From contig JBGSMV010000074.1 in NCBI GenBank assembly GCA_041739995.1, forward strand, positions 1 to 48,774: a stretch of DNA of 48,774 nt, given 5' to 3'. The translations under genes were made by a program, and so were the position numbers. The notes under the pieces were generated by a model. It saw only the letters and a list, made by a program, of their open reading frames with translations. It was not told the origin of the DNA and ran no database searches. Below, one piece after another: positions 48,668 through 48,774 of the stretch; positions within the stretch are counted from its first letter, which is position 1, and each line of letters opens with the position of its first letter. The stretch is from Bdellovibrionota bacterium (GTDB lineage Bacteria; Bdellovibrionota_C; UBA2361; JBGSMV01).

Positions 48668-48774
48668 ATGCCGAAGCCACTTCGTGACACCGACCCATCG
48701 CTCTATCGTCTAATCACCATTAGAACGCTAGATGCTCGCCTATGGATGATTCCGTCCAGAAACATGGAGAAGCT
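48668..48774 (+). mobile_element. Probable N-terminus of a REP-associated/Y1 (IS200-like HUH) transposase, truncated by the window end
   Basis: Translates as MPKPLRDTDPSLYRLITIRTLDARLWMIPSRNMEK, resembling the MPRPLR..YhhTxR start of RAYTs. Not in the ORF track. Preceded by REP-like repeats. Confidence 0.5.

Overview
This is a gene-dense window of moderate GC from a diderm bacterium (porin, lipoproteins, FliK-like protein). A deltaproteobacteria-like lineage is plausible but is inference only. In order it contains: a truncated C25-like/FN3 protein, an alpha/beta hydrolase, recQ, and a RavA/ViaA-like AAA+/vWA pair transcribed divergently from an unassigned 879-aa protein (two degenerate Nudix-like folds plus an HDxxH zincin-like region). 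Next come a DUF3015-DUF4105-hydrolase cassette, a DTW (TapT-like) enzyme, a GGQ release-factor homolog, a ZU5-like lipoprotein, a dienelactone hydrolase and sppA. A FliK-like gene and a membrane Ser/Thr kinase each follow a sigma28-like promoter. Then come an ACAD, a SufT-like protein, a Nudix hydrolase, a kinase with a pseudo-receiver domain, and meaB. A ~12 kb surface-glycan locus combines a CDP-paratose/tyvelose pathway (no E3 reductase), two DPM1-like GT2s, a flippase and two GT-C membrane proteins. A phosphate porin lies divergent from a permuted pstB-phoU-pstSCA operon, and the window ends in a probable RAYT/Y1 transposase start with REP-like hairpins. I saw no rRNA, tRNA or CRISPR array. 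The best candidates for undescribed systems are (1) lipid-carrier-mediated extracytoplasmic transfer of a 3,6-dideoxyhexose, (2) the AAA+/vWA pair with the Nudix-zincin protein, and (3) a putative sigma28-controlled FliK-like/Ser-Thr kinase pair. All assignments come from motif recognition by eye; no searches were run.
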